Positions 37,132-46,413 of a stretch of 64,000 nucleotides of DNA are shown here, in pieces (position 1 is the stretch's first letter; every line of letters starts with the position of its first letter). A model generated the notes under the pieces. That model worked only from the letters and a program-made list of their open reading frames with translations, was not told where the DNA came from and ran no database searches. The stretch is from a virus: positions 2,534 through 66,533 of the IMG/VR virus record IMGVR_UViG_3300046777_001709, one strand, 5' to 3'. The translations under genes were made by a program, and so were the position numbers.

Positions 37132-37714
37132 TGAGAATTGTCCTTAAAATTTTTTTATACTGGAACATATCAATATTTATGAACGGAGAATACTTTTTTA
37201 TTTTTAAACTTACGGTTTCCCACACTGGATCCATAAGTTTTTTGTCAAAGATATTACTGAACATGAATATTTTATCATAGATTACTAAGGTTTCAAGAGA
37301 AATCTTACCACCTAGAAATCTTTTTAAAGTTGGGGGATGTCCCTTTGAACAGTCAAAAGCGTCATCTAATTTCATTTGAGTAAACAATTCTTCAGATTGT
37401 TCTCTGAACAAATAACTTAAACTCTGTTGTCTTCTCATCCATTCAGAATATACCCTTTCACCAGAATTGATAATTTCACCAATCCATAGATTTTGAGGAT
37501 TATCTGCAGCAACAAAGTTTGATAATAAAAAATCTACAATTTCTTTGTCTGATAATTTTCTAGAAGTTCGTTCAAAAAAATAACGATCTTTTCTTTTATT
37601 AAAAGAAGTTATTGATGCTTTAGTTTTTTTATGATATTTAAAATAATCATACTTGGGATTTGTAAAATGATTTTTCAACCCAAGATAATTTACATAAACT
37701 TCAAAAGGACTCAT
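37124..37714 (-). CDS. gp59: helicase loader gp59
   Basis: YLGLKNHF...YDYFKY...FNKRKDRYFF. Confidence 0.9.
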   Translation of the reverse strand: MSPFEVYVNYLGLKNHFTNPKYDYFKYHKKTKASITSFNKRKDRYFFERTSRKLSDKEIVDFLLSNFVAADNPQNLWIGEIINSGERVYSEWMRRQQSLSYLFREQSEELFTQMKLDDAFDCSKGHPPTLKRFLGGKISLETLVIYDKIFMFSNIFDKKLMDPVWETVSLKIKKYSPFINIDMFQYKKILRTILNE

Positions 37715-38016
37715 AGAGGAAGTTTTGCACGAGAACTTCGTTTCATAAAGTTAAGACGAATAGCATCCCATTTTAATTTTTCTTTGAGAGGTTTTGAGAT
37801 AAGTTTGGTAACAGACTCCACTTCAATACCATTAGATTCACAGTACATAACTATCCCATCGATATAGTTACATTTTTCCTCTGCAACAATCTTTTCTATT
37901 TCTATGGCAAATCTTGAAGGTGTGAGAAACTTATCTTCTATTGCTTGTTCTAATTCTTTATTTGGTTCCATATTCTCTACATTAAATTCTAGAAGACTTT
38001 CTAGTATGTTTTCCAT
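37711..38016 (-). CDS. gp33: late transcription coactivator gp33
   Basis: FAIEIEKIV...YIDGIV.YC...ISKPLKEKL; true start may be the second Met. Confidence 0.9.
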   Translation of the reverse strand: MENILESLLEFNVENMEPNKELEQAIEDKFLTPSRFAIEIEKIVAEEKCNYIDGIVMYCESNGIEVESVTKLISKPLKEKLKWDAIRLNFMKRSSRAKLPL

Positions 38017-38059
38017 AAAATTTCACAATATATTATTTATTATAAGATAAAATAATGAA

Positions 38060-38740
38060 TTAGTCAATAGACATAAGTTCTAGTCTATCATTAACAAACT
38101 TTTTGATGTACTCAACTACAAGTTTCATGTATTTTTTTAAATCTCTTTCCTCATAAAGTACACATTCACCATTCTCACATGCCATTATAATCACCAATTT
38201 TTTAATTGGCGTTCCTGTCATTTCATAATATGCCATACCATAGAACATTGCTTGCACAAAATAGTGCGTAATCCATTCTCTTGGTTTTGGTTTTTTAGAT
38301 GTCTTGAAGTCTATTACTGCAAGTTCACCATCATGTTCGGCAATACAATCTGTTGTTCCAGCAACTCCAAGTTGTTTGCTGTATAGAGGACCTTCTAAAC
38401 AATGAATATTGTTTATTTTGTTTAATTCTGACTTTGAAATTTTAAATAGAAAATCGGAGATGGGTTGAACTTCTGGAAGATTTTTATTATACAGATAGTT
38501 TTCAACTAGCGTATGCATATCAGTTCCCCGACTTGTTGCCGCTTTTGTGATACGCTCCGCTTCTTCCTCTCCGACTTTTTTACGCCATTTAACAAATATT
38601 TCTTTATTGAAATGACTTGTTACAGAAGTAATAGAAACTAATTTAAGTAATTCGTCATCATTAGGAACTTTATAATATCTTACACCATCTATAGTTTCTC
38701 GCTCTAGATTTGGAAGAGTCACATCAATATGTTTGAACAT
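38060..38740 (-). CDS. PD-(D/E)XK exonuclease (Cas4-like)
   Basis: SITSV, RGTDMH, AGTTDCI, IDFKTS, YFVQ. Confidence 0.85.
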   Translation of the reverse strand: MFKHIDVTLPNLERETIDGVRYYKVPNDDELLKLVSITSVTSHFNKEIFVKWRKKVGEEEAERITKAATSRGTDMHTLVENYLYNKNLPEVQPISDFLFKISKSELNKINNIHCLEGPLYSKQLGVAGTTDCIAEHDGELAVIDFKTSKKPKPREWITHYFVQAMFYGMAYYEMTGTPIKKLVIIMACENGECVLYEERDLKKYMKLVVEYIKKFVNDRLELMSID

Positions 38741-38751
38741 TAAATCCTCAA

Positions 38752-39516
38752 TTATAGATCAATATTTGATTGCATTTTAGCAATAATGTATTCCTTAACT
38801 AGTCCTGATCTACAAATATCTTCCACACCAAACTCAATAATATCAAAGGAGGGCATGGTTCTTAAAATTTTCATGAAATCAATGATGCCATTTCTTTCAC
38901 TGGTTTTTTGAAGGTCAGATTGTGTGGCATCACCACAGAACATAATCTTAGAATTTTCTCCTACACGGGTAATGATAGAATCTAATTCATGTCCAGACAT
39001 GTTTTGGAATTCATCAACAACAATGATTGCATTGTCTAGAGTAGTTCCACGAAGAAATGAAGTTGACCAAAACTTAATGGTTTCTTGAGATTTTAAATTA
39101 CCATAAAGCATTTCAAAATCTACATCAGAAGGCATTTGGAACATGTACTTTACCATATTCTTGTATGGAATTTGGTAAATATCTGCCTTGTCATCATGAG
39201 AACCTGGAAGAAAACCAATTTCTCTTGTGGCAACTAGTGAGCGAACAATGTATACTTTTTCGTATGGACTTTTTTCATCAAGTACATCACATAGAGCATT
39301 ATAGAGTGTGATGAATGTTTTACCAGTTCCAGCACAACCATATGCAACAATATGTTTACCATTAGCATATGAATCAAAAAGTCGTTTTTGATTTTCCGTG
39401 AGTGGATCAATGTCAATTAAAAATTCAGCACTAAGAGGTTTTCTTCTCTTCATTTGCTTAGCAGTTAACCCAACCCCAATAGGTTGGGATTCATTACTTC
39501 TCTTTCTTCTTGCCAT
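38752..39516 (-). CDS. phoH: PhoH-like ATPase
   Basis: GCAGTGKT, REIGFLPG, FLRGTT, DEFQN, GDATQSD. Confidence 0.95.
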   Translation of the reverse strand: MARRKRSNESQPIGVGLTAKQMKRRKPLSAEFLIDIDPLTENQKRLFDSYANGKHIVAYGCAGTGKTFITLYNALCDVLDEKSPYEKVYIVRSLVATREIGFLPGSHDDKADIYQIPYKNMVKYMFQMPSDVDFEMLYGNLKSQETIKFWSTSFLRGTTLDNAIIVVDEFQNMSGHELDSIITRVGENSKIMFCGDATQSDLQKTSERNGIIDFMKILRTMPSFDIIEFGVEDICRSGLVKEYIIAKMQSNIDL

Positions 39517-39517
39517 A

Positions 39518-39760
39518 CTAGATTTTCTTTACAGTTGAACCAGGCATTTTTGAGGCACGGTCTAAAACATCATTCCAACCTGGATTTCTGGAAATGAGTT
39601 TATTCTTCCACTCTCCAACTTCACCTGGAGAAGCGCAACCTTGGGACCAATCCCGAGTCCATTCGGGATTGTCTTTATACCACTGCATAATGTCATTGAC
39701 ACTCATCTCAATGACCTTCGTTTCACCTGTTTCTTTATTAATAATTGGATAAATTGCCAT
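39518..39760 (-). CDS. conserved cyanophage hypothetical protein
   Basis: 80 aa ORF between thyX and phoH. Confidence 0.75.
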   Translation of the reverse strand: MAIYPIINKETGETKVIEMSVNDIMQWYKDNPEWTRDWSQGCASPGEVGEWKNKLISRNPGWNDVLDRASKMPGSTVKKI

Positions 39761-39786
39761 AAGTTATGATATCAAGACAAAATTAT

Positions 39787-40455
39787 TTAGATCCACTCCA
39801 GTGCTTCAGCAACTGAGGGAAATTGTTCTGCAAAGATTTTCTTACACTCAAGAGCAATATCCATATGCTCTTTCTGAGTTCCGTGTGCGGAGCGAAGATT
39901 GATATAATGTATCCATGACCTGCAAGAACCGGTCATATAGATGCGTGTGGGCGTCGCTAAGGGCAATACAAAACGAGCACACTCTTTTGCCACGCCCTGC
40001 TCTAGAAGACCATTGTAGAGTCTCTGCCCCGCCGCAAAATACTCAGAAATCTCACCCTGCATACGGAGTTTAACATAATCACTAATATCATCAATAGAGT
40101 TTTGACGATTCTTAGTATCCTGACGGCGAAGATCTGGAATTACTGGAGTATCTGAAAGAAGATTTGTGTCGGCATAGCGTTGTGAAAACTCTTGAAATGT
40201 GAAAGACCTATGACGCAGCACTTGTGCCGCGATACCACGGGTAGTATTAATTTCAAGCGTCATGTATGCCTGCTCAAAAATACTCCAGTGTTCGTGCTTA
40301 ATGCAATAACGCAGTAGACCTGCAGCAGTATCAAAGTTAAGTTGGTTATTTGGATTGCTTACGCGAGCGATGTAAGAGATCACTTCTTGAGCGTTCTTAT
40401 TAACTAACTCACCAGCACCCTGAGTAATTGCGATAAGTTTAATTTCTGGTTTCAT
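39787..40455 (-). CDS. thyX: flavin-dependent thymidylate synthase
   Basis: HWSIFE, RHRSFTFQEFSQRY, ECARFVLP, TQKEH. Confidence 0.96.
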   Translation of the reverse strand: MKPEIKLIAITQGAGELVNKNAQEVISYIARVSNPNNQLNFDTAAGLLRYCIKHEHWSIFEQAYMTLEINTTRGIAAQVLRHRSFTFQEFSQRYADTNLLSDTPVIPDLRRQDTKNRQNSIDDISDYVKLRMQGEISEYFAAGQRLYNGLLEQGVAKECARFVLPLATPTRIYMTGSCRSWIHYINLRSAHGTQKEHMDIALECKKIFAEQFPSVAEALEWI

Positions 40456-40637
40456 TTCTTTCCAAATCCTTTTGATGTTTTTGCTTCTAGTTCTGCAAGT
40501 TCTTGTTTTACAACTCGCAGTTGTGCTTTCATTTCTTTAATTTTTTCATCTGTATAAAGATGATCTTGCTTAACCAACCTTTCAAGAAGTTTTACAAGTT
40601 TCTTTACTCTACTTGTAGGATTGTCAATCATCTTCAT
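40452..40637 (-). CDS. hypothetical coiled-coil protein
   Basis: 61 aa, ATGA coupling to thyX. Confidence 0.7.
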   Translation of the reverse strand: MKMIDNPTSRVKKLVKLLERLVKQDHLYTDEKIKEMKAQLRVVKQELAELEAKTSKGFGKK

Positions 40638-40773
40638 AAATCTCGTCGTAATCTGAAATAATTGGTGAATTTTTTTCTTTGTATGTAGAAGAATCAGAAT
40701 AGACCTCTACCTTAAGAGCATCAATTAATAGTTCAAGATTACGAACAATTAGTTTTACTTTCTCTTTGTCCAT
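40624..40773 (-). CDS. small cyanophage protein (49 aa, MDKEKVKLIVRNLELLIDALKVEVYSD...), not in ORF track
   Basis: GGAGA RBS, downstream of promoter at 40795-40823. Confidence 0.75.
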   Translation of the reverse strand: MDKEKVKLIVRNLELLIDALKVEVYSDSSTYKEKNSPIISDYDEIYEDD

Positions 40774-40794
40774 AAACTGATGTTCTCTCCAACC

Positions 40795-40833
40795 ATTTTA
40801 CATAAAAAAAGGGAGGATGTCAATCCTCCCTTT
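40795..40833 (-). terminator. intrinsic terminator overlapping a sigma70 promoter (TTGACA-N17-TAAAAT)
   Basis: AAAGGGAGGAT-TGAC-ATCCTCCCTTTTTTT; -35 lies in the loop. Confidence 0.8.
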
Positions 40834-40836
40834 GAA

Positions 40837-40986
40837 TCATTCACGTGTTGCCATATGGTATTGAGACTCTTTGAGTTTATTTTCTTTCTCAATTTTCTCA
40901 CGAATAATCAGTAACCAATTAGATACCATTTCTTCTTTACGAGTATCGGTGTCATACTTGGCACCACGATAAGTTGCTTGTGACAT
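40837..40986 (-). CDS. DUF4278-family small protein (GS-inactivating-factor-associated family), 49 aa, not in ORF track
   Basis: MSQATYRGAKYD matches the YRGxxY motif; AAGGAG RBS; riboswitch upstream. Confidence 0.75.
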   Translation of the reverse strand: MSQATYRGAKYDTDTRKEEMVSNWLLIIREKIEKENKLKESQYHMATRE

Positions 40987-41016
40987 TAGGTCTGCTCCTT
41001 TACTGAAAGTAAATTT

Positions 41017-41065
41017 GCGTTGCTTCTCCTAATGGATACTTCCGCTGGGTTTACCAGTCAACGAT
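41017..41065 (-). ncRNA. glutamine riboswitch (glnA RNA motif)
   Basis: ATCGTTG-A-CTGG TAAAC CCAG-CGGAAGTA-TCC ATTA GGA-GAAG-CAACGC: P1 CGTTG/CAACG, P2, E-loop AGTA/GAA, P3. Confidence 0.85.
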
Positions 41066-41089
41066 TACTATAGATATACATTTTTTTTT

Positions 41090-41103
41090 GTAACTTTTGA
41101 TAC
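41090..41103. promoter_or_regulatory. NtcA binding site GTA-N8-TAC
   Basis: GTATCAAAAGTTAC (minus strand), ~25 nt upstream of the riboswitch. Confidence 0.75.
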
Positions 41104-41130
41104 GTTTTTAAAAAATCTTAACAGACAAAA

Positions 41131-41160
41131 AAATTGCCGGGAAAATTTTCCCAGCAATTT
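41131..41160 (-). terminator. stem-loop/terminator
   Basis: AAATTGCTGGGAAAATTTTCCCGGCAATTT followed by a T run. Confidence 0.6.
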
Positions 41161-41165
41161 AAAAT

Positions 41166-41522
41166 TCACTTTCTCTTTTTCTTTTCGGGTGGTTTGTAAC
41201 CCCATAGTTTAGGATTAACTCTACCATACCCAAAATCAATTTTCTTGATTACACCAGGACCAAACTTATCATAGTACATATCAAATATTTTTACTCTTGT
41301 ACCACGACAAAGATCCATGTAAGTATTATCATTGATTTCATAAGTTATTACATAAGCATCATTTGGGAAAGAAGGATCTTTTATTTGTTGTATTGATGCT
41401 TTTTCTAGTAATATTTCACACCCATATCTAGGGGGAATATCTTTCTTTTCTTCTGTTGTCCATTCCACAACTTTCTTCCCCTTAACTTTAGTACTGGTTA
41501 TACTCAAGAACGACCTCCCCAC
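41166..41522 (-). CDS. conserved cyanophage hypothetical protein
   Basis: IFDMYYDKFG...GYGRVNPKLWG; start uncertain. Confidence 0.7.
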   Translation of the reverse strand: MGRSFLSITSTKVKGKKVVEWTTEEKKDIPPRYGCEILLEKASIQQIKDPSFPNDAYVITYEINDNTYMDLCRGTRVKIFDMYYDKFGPGVIKKIDFGYGRVNPKLWGYKPPEKKKRK

Positions 41523-42100
41523 TGGATGTCAGGATATGCTTCAGAAACAATTTCTTTAGTAATTTTATACTTAGTTTCTAGTTTTTTATCTTTTATAAGA
41601 CAAAGAATTTCCGCTTCTAGTGGATGCAACCCTTGAAGTGTATTAATAAACATCGTCTCTCTACGAATGGAACTAAGTCCATCGTTTCCACCCTTAATAA
41701 AATTATAGAATTTCGAATACTCTTTACGAATTGATGATTTTCCTTGATCTTGTGAACCTAATGAATTAGATCCCATTTCACTCATTTTGTAAACAGCATC
41801 TTCAATTTTTTCGGACATTGTTCCACTAAATGAATTCTGCTCACCAACACTTGCATAAGGTACTTCACCTTCAGGGAGAAGAGAAATAACACTTTCATCA
41901 AAATTCCAAATAAAAATTGCCTTTATAGAAGGATGTTCATACTTCTTTAAAAGTTCAATTTTTTTGGCATTAGATCTTTGCTTCGATACAAGATTTAATA
42001 CTTCAAATGCAAATGGATTTGCTGGTAAATCTTCACTTACTTTCACTGCAGGTTTTGCTTTCGGTGCAGATGCCTTTGCTTTTACTTTTGTTGTAGTCAT
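41504..42100 (-). CDS. conserved T4-like protein (DUF6433-like)
   Basis: WNFDESVISLLPEGEVPY, RRETMFINTLQGLHPLEAE. Confidence 0.75.
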   Translation of the reverse strand: MTTTKVKAKASAPKAKPAVKVSEDLPANPFAFEVLNLVSKQRSNAKKIELLKKYEHPSIKAIFIWNFDESVISLLPEGEVPYASVGEQNSFSGTMSEKIEDAVYKMSEMGSNSLGSQDQGKSSIRKEYSKFYNFIKGGNDGLSSIRRETMFINTLQGLHPLEAEILCLIKDKKLETKYKITKEIVSEAYPDIQWGGRS

Positions 42101-42122
42101 ACTCTGTTATTAAAAAAATAAA

Positions 42123-42359
42123 TTAATCTTCTTCATCTTCATCATATTCATCATAATCATCAAAAAACCCTTCTTGAAAGGTTACAGCAACAACTTCATC
42201 AGGAATTACGTTACCGTTTTCATCATAACATTCAGGATGAAGTTTAGGAATTTCCCTGTAGTTCATCATGTACTCTCGTGCAACCCATCCTAACATTATT
42301 CCAACAATAAAAAATAAAATGGTTACAAAAGAACCAATTACTAGACCTGCTGCTAACAT
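42123..42359 (-). CDS. conserved single-TM cyanophage protein
   Basis: TM helix then LHPECYDENGNVIPDE; start probably MLAAGL. Confidence 0.7.
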   Translation of the reverse strand: MLAAGLVIGSFVTILFFIVGIMLGWVAREYMMNYREIPKLHPECYDENGNVIPDEVVAVTFQEGFFDDYDEYDEDEED

Positions 42360-42551
42360 AGGTTTTCTCCGGGAAACTACTATTTCTTCCTTGATGTAAA
42401 GGAAAATTCGAAATAGATGGTTACTTCTCTCTTTAGAAAGCAAACCATCTTTTCAAAGATGATATGGAAAGGTTTGGTTTGCTTTCTTCTCCCTCCACTT
42501 AAAAAAAATTCAACGCCGCGATTTATGCGGTTATTATTATTTATGTTTACG

Positions 42552-42788
42552 TCAGACAATTTGTTTTTCTTTTAAAAATTTAACTGCATCAGTACATCCA
42601 CCTAGTTTTTGATCGTCACAAAGAACTTGGGGGAACGTAGATCCTTCACCAAATTCTGCATAAAACTCATCTTTGGTAAAGTGCTCATCAAGATTATACA
42701 CCACAAATTTACTTCCTGTCAATTCTAGAACTGTTTTAATTTTATGACAATAAGGGCAGTTTTCCTTACTATAGACAACAAAATTCAC
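42552..42788 (-). CDS. nrdC: glutaredoxin
   Basis: CPYC, TFPQV, LGGCTD. Confidence 0.92.
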   Translation of the reverse strand: MNFVVYSKENCPYCHKIKTVLELTGSKFVVYNLDEHFTKDEFYAEFGEGSTFPQVLCDDQKLGGCTDAVKFLKEKQIV

Positions 42789-42799
42789 TTTATTTTCTC

Positions 42800-45691
42800 C
42801 TAATTAAAAAAGTATTTAACAACATTAGTTACATCAGTTTCCACTGATTTCATTTGATTAATAAGATTGGAATTAACTAAATCTGGATGAACCCACCAGT
42901 CCTCAAATGTATATTCGTCGTTGAAAGCAACGTCTTTGACTACGAGTTCGTAACCGTAAGATTTCAAAAATCTTCTAGATTTATCTCTATAAGAAGATGT
43001 AATATCTACAGAATGATCATGTTCATATGTGATTACACCAAATCTATACTTTTCAAAAGGAATAGATGTCAGGATCTCAAAAGTTGTTTTAGATGGTTCA
43101 CAATCAACTTGAAGATAATCTATATCTGTTCCAACATTCATTTCATCCAAAAGTTTCTCATAATTAATTCTGGTTGCATCTTTACAAAGAATTTGGTTTT
43201 TTCTTTGTTCAGCAAACATTTTACATAAGTCCTCCTTAATTTCAATAGAAATTCCTTTCCAATGAAATTGTGTTTCTAAAAGAGCGGTATTGTTTTGATA
43301 AAAAGGTTCTTGTGCTCCGATTTCTAGATAAGTCCCTTTACGTTTTCCATTTAAAATTGCAAGAACAAACATATCTTGATATGCTTGAGAATAATTCTTT
43401 TCAATTGTTTCAGAACCAGGGAATTTAAATCTTAATTGATGATGCTTATTTTTATTATACTTAATAATCTCATCAGGTATGTTACCAACACCATAACTCA
43501 TTAATAAGTCTTGAACAGATTTTTCATACTGTTCTGGAAGTTCATAATTATTTTTAATTTCTTGAAGTATTTTTCTAGATTCATTTCCTTTTCCCCACCA
43601 CCAAGCAGCAATTGCTTTCTCATAGAGTAAAGAAAATGTATCAATATACCCTACATTATTTTGTAGTGGAACTAGTTCTTTTTCAGAGAAAGTAATACCT
43701 TGATGGGAAACACTATATGCATCAGTCCATTGTTCACGTTTTCCGTGAAATTTTGCCATTAGAAAATAAGCTTCAGGTCTTGTTGGAAGAAGATTAATTG
43801 CATGTTGGAGAAGTGTTCTAGCGGTACTATCTCTTGTCCCCTGTTTTTCATAACACTGATGTGCCCACAGAAGTGCTTCATACGCGAGTATATCATCTTC
43901 AGATCTTTCAGCAGATCTTAAAAAATAAGAAAGTGCTGGAGCAGTATGACCTTCATTCCAATACCATACACCAAGATTAAAGTTATATTGGGCGTTCTCT
44001 GGATCACTACTATAGTTTGTAAGTAATGTTTCAATTTGATTCATATTTGAATCTTCATTTTTAACAACTTTGAAAGATTTCATTTTATTTTTCCAGTAAT
44101 TAATAACTGTATTATAAGATTCTATGTGTCCATTTTTTTGAGATCCATTTACTTCTTTGTCTTCTTCAGGGGAAAAAGTTGTATTGAATGATATGTCTTC
44201 AACAAATAATGGAATACTATAGCACACATCTTCCAAAGTTTCAAATAAAACATTTTCTAGAAGAGGAGTTAGTACATTTCCAGATCCAGGAAGTTCTAAA
44301 TGAAATTTTTTAGTTCCAAGACAGTAGTTCTCAACTAAAACTCTAGCATAATTTCTAGTGATAATATATGCCGTACCAGCCCAATCATCCCAATACCTTT
44401 TACGAAGATTAAATGTATTGTAATCTTTTCTAATTACTAGAAGTTGTACACAACAAGCATCTTTTGGTATAGAACTAATAAACTCTTCCCAAGTAAAATC
44501 CCAGTACTTAACTGTCTCTAAACTTAAATCATCTTCACAAAAGAAAGCATACTCTTCATCAGTTTCTTCATACCACTTTCGTATTGCTTTTAGATGGGAA
44601 ACAACACATCCAATTGTTCCACCATTCATCTGATCTAAAAACTTTCCAGTAATTTCATCATCAGATTCCGTAAATCTCTTGGATAAAATTGCTGTTGGAG
44701 AAATTCCATATTCGGAAAATTGTCTTTCAATGTTTTCTTGACGATCTTTAGATTCTTCAAGAGAAACATAATAGACTGAAGGAAAATTTTCAAGTTTATT
44801 ATTCATCATTATTTTGTTTGCATAATAGATTTGTTCGTCAATTTGTTGAATATTCCATTGTGTTTGAGGTTCGACATAATAATTATCACTTAATGGTGCT
44901 ATTTTTTTATTATTTTCAATATGTTCTACTGTAAGTATGTATTCTGCATCCCATTGCCTTGTTTTTTCATCATCATCATACAATGAATTTTTAATTTCAT
45001 TAAGTTGTTGTTGACTATAACCTTCAAAGTTTTCTATTCTTTTTTTATCGGAGTGTGGGATATGTAGTATATTATAATCAAAATTTAATTTTTTTTCTTC
45101 TAATCCAAGAACCCTAAGTCGATGAAAAATTTCATCATCTTCATAAGAATAGTATTTACCAAGATTCTCATTGTAACCACCGATTTTTATAAAGTTCTTT
45201 TTAGAAACAAAAAGAAGACCAATCAAGTGTTTAAATATTGGACTATATGAGTTTACATACTCAACAAGTTCCAATAAACTCATATTATTTTTATCTACAA
45301 CATATCCCTCACCATCAAAAACTTCATAATTTTTAATATTATGTTTTCCAGATACAAAACTATTTTCTGTGATCTTATAAGTCTCAAAGAAGTTATAGTA
45401 TGGACTGAAAATATAATCACAGTCAACCTTTAAAATATAATCTCCTGTTGCAATACTTGCAGCAAGGTTAAGAGGTTGTGGTTGATTAAAATATTTTTGA
45501 TCAAGTACAGTAATTACTTTAATCCTTTTGTCTATTTTTGTAAGTGGTGTTAATGATTTCTCAGAACTCCAATCAACAATAATAATTTCAGTAATCTCTG
45601 TTCTTAACAACCAAGAACTAAGTGCAATCTGTAATGGTTCATTTCTATTCTTACAAGCACAAATTAATGAAATTGTCATATAAGTATCCAA
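42800..45691 (-). CDS. multidomain glycan enzyme: GT2/GT7-like + GT25-like + TPR + FkbM-like methyltransferase
   Basis: VDWSS/KVDCD/GGYNE..YSYEDD; VSL..SKDR/GCVVSH/CEDD; TPR helices (PTRPEAY); YSQAYQD/YLEIGA/IDYLQVDCE/FEDWWV. Confidence 0.8.
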   Translation of the reverse strand: MDTYMTISLICACKNRNEPLQIALSSWLLRTEITEIIIVDWSSEKSLTPLTKIDKRIKVITVLDQKYFNQPQPLNLAASIATGDYILKVDCDYIFSPYYNFFETYKITENSFVSGKHNIKNYEVFDGEGYVVDKNNMSLLELVEYVNSYSPIFKHLIGLLFVSKKNFIKIGGYNENLGKYYSYEDDEIFHRLRVLGLEEKKLNFDYNILHIPHSDKKRIENFEGYSQQQLNEIKNSLYDDDEKTRQWDAEYILTVEHIENNKKIAPLSDNYYVEPQTQWNIQQIDEQIYYANKIMMNNKLENFPSVYYVSLEESKDRQENIERQFSEYGISPTAILSKRFTESDDEITGKFLDQMNGGTIGCVVSHLKAIRKWYEETDEEYAFFCEDDLSLETVKYWDFTWEEFISSIPKDACCVQLLVIRKDYNTFNLRKRYWDDWAGTAYIITRNYARVLVENYCLGTKKFHLELPGSGNVLTPLLENVLFETLEDVCYSIPLFVEDISFNTTFSPEEDKEVNGSQKNGHIESYNTVINYWKNKMKSFKVVKNEDSNMNQIETLLTNYSSDPENAQYNFNLGVWYWNEGHTAPALSYFLRSAERSEDDILAYEALLWAHQCYEKQGTRDSTARTLLQHAINLLPTRPEAYFLMAKFHGKREQWTDAYSVSHQGITFSEKELVPLQNNVGYIDTFSLLYEKAIAAWWWGKGNESRKILQEIKNNYELPEQYEKSVQDLLMSYGVGNIPDEIIKYNKNKHHQLRFKFPGSETIEKNYSQAYQDMFVLAILNGKRKGTYLEIGAQEPFYQNNTALLETQFHWKGISIEIKEDLCKMFAEQRKNQILCKDATRINYEKLLDEMNVGTDIDYLQVDCEPSKTTFEILTSIPFEKYRFGVITYEHDHSVDITSSYRDKSRRFLKSYGYELVVKDVAFNDEYTFEDWWVHPDLVNSNLINQMKSVETDVTNVVKYFFN

Positions 45692-46413
45692 TCTTTTCTA
45701 TACAAATCTTTAGTATTCCAAGTTGAGTATTCTCCCGTAAACCAGTTTTTGGGGGCGATTGTTTTTTTACTTTTTGCTAACCAAGAACCCCACCACGAAA
45801 ATGACGAATTAGAGATAATATGATAATCACAAAGACTCATCAAACATAAATCAATAAATGGATTATTAGAACAGGAAAATCTGAATCTACTCCCAATAAA
45901 ATTTAATTTACACCACTCTATATCATCACTAAAAATCATTACTTCTAAGTCAGGAAAATATTTGAGAGCATCATTATAGTAATCATAATCTAATAAAACA
46001 AAATTTGGATCAGTTATATAGTCTCCACGCCTAACATGAATTGCTACAACATTTTCTGAAAGAACATTTTTTCGATAATGAAAACAACTTTTATAGATTA
46101 TATCACGAAAAGTGAAATCTTTCCTCAAATCATTTTCAATATGATAAAAATATTTTTCAGTCTGAAAAAATCCATATAAGTCTCCCTCAGATGAATTAAA
46201 AATTTTTTCATCAAATTCATAAGTAGATTCTTCTAAAAATGGAGAATAAATTTTCAGTTCTTTCCTTGGAATATTAAAACATTCGTGTAGTGAAGTATTT
46301 TGAGGAAACCAATAGTCTGTGGAATTGTGCATTGATATTCCTTTCAAAGCAGCATACTGGAACATTTGGTTCCCCAATCTTCCCAAAGAACCAAGATTGC
46401 TAAAAGAAAGCAT
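45676..46413 (-). CDS. alpha-1,2-fucosyltransferase family (GT11)
   Basis: GRLGNQMFQYA, GFFQTEKYF, HVRRGDY, NSSFSWWG. Confidence 0.92.
   Translation of the reverse strand: MLSFSNLGSLGRLGNQMFQYAALKGISMHNSTDYWFPQNTSLHECFNIPRKELKIYSPFLEESTYEFDEKIFNSSEGDLYGFFQTEKYFYHIENDLRKDFTFRDIIYKSCFHYRKNVLSENVVAIHVRRGDYITDPNFVLLDYDYYNDALKYFPDLEVMIFSDDIEWCKLNFIGSRFRFSCSNNPFIDLCLMSLCDYHIISNSSFSWWGSWLAKSKKTIAPKNWFTGEYSTWNTKDLYRKDWILI

Noticed and set aside
38752-40455. phoH and thyX as novel auxiliary genes
   Set aside because: Core, well-known genes of T4-like cyanophages.
42379-42560. Possible small minus-strand ORF (..INRGVEFFLSGGRRK..) between glutaredoxin and the TM protein
   Set aside because: Plausible, but start codon and RBS are unclear; insufficient support to list.
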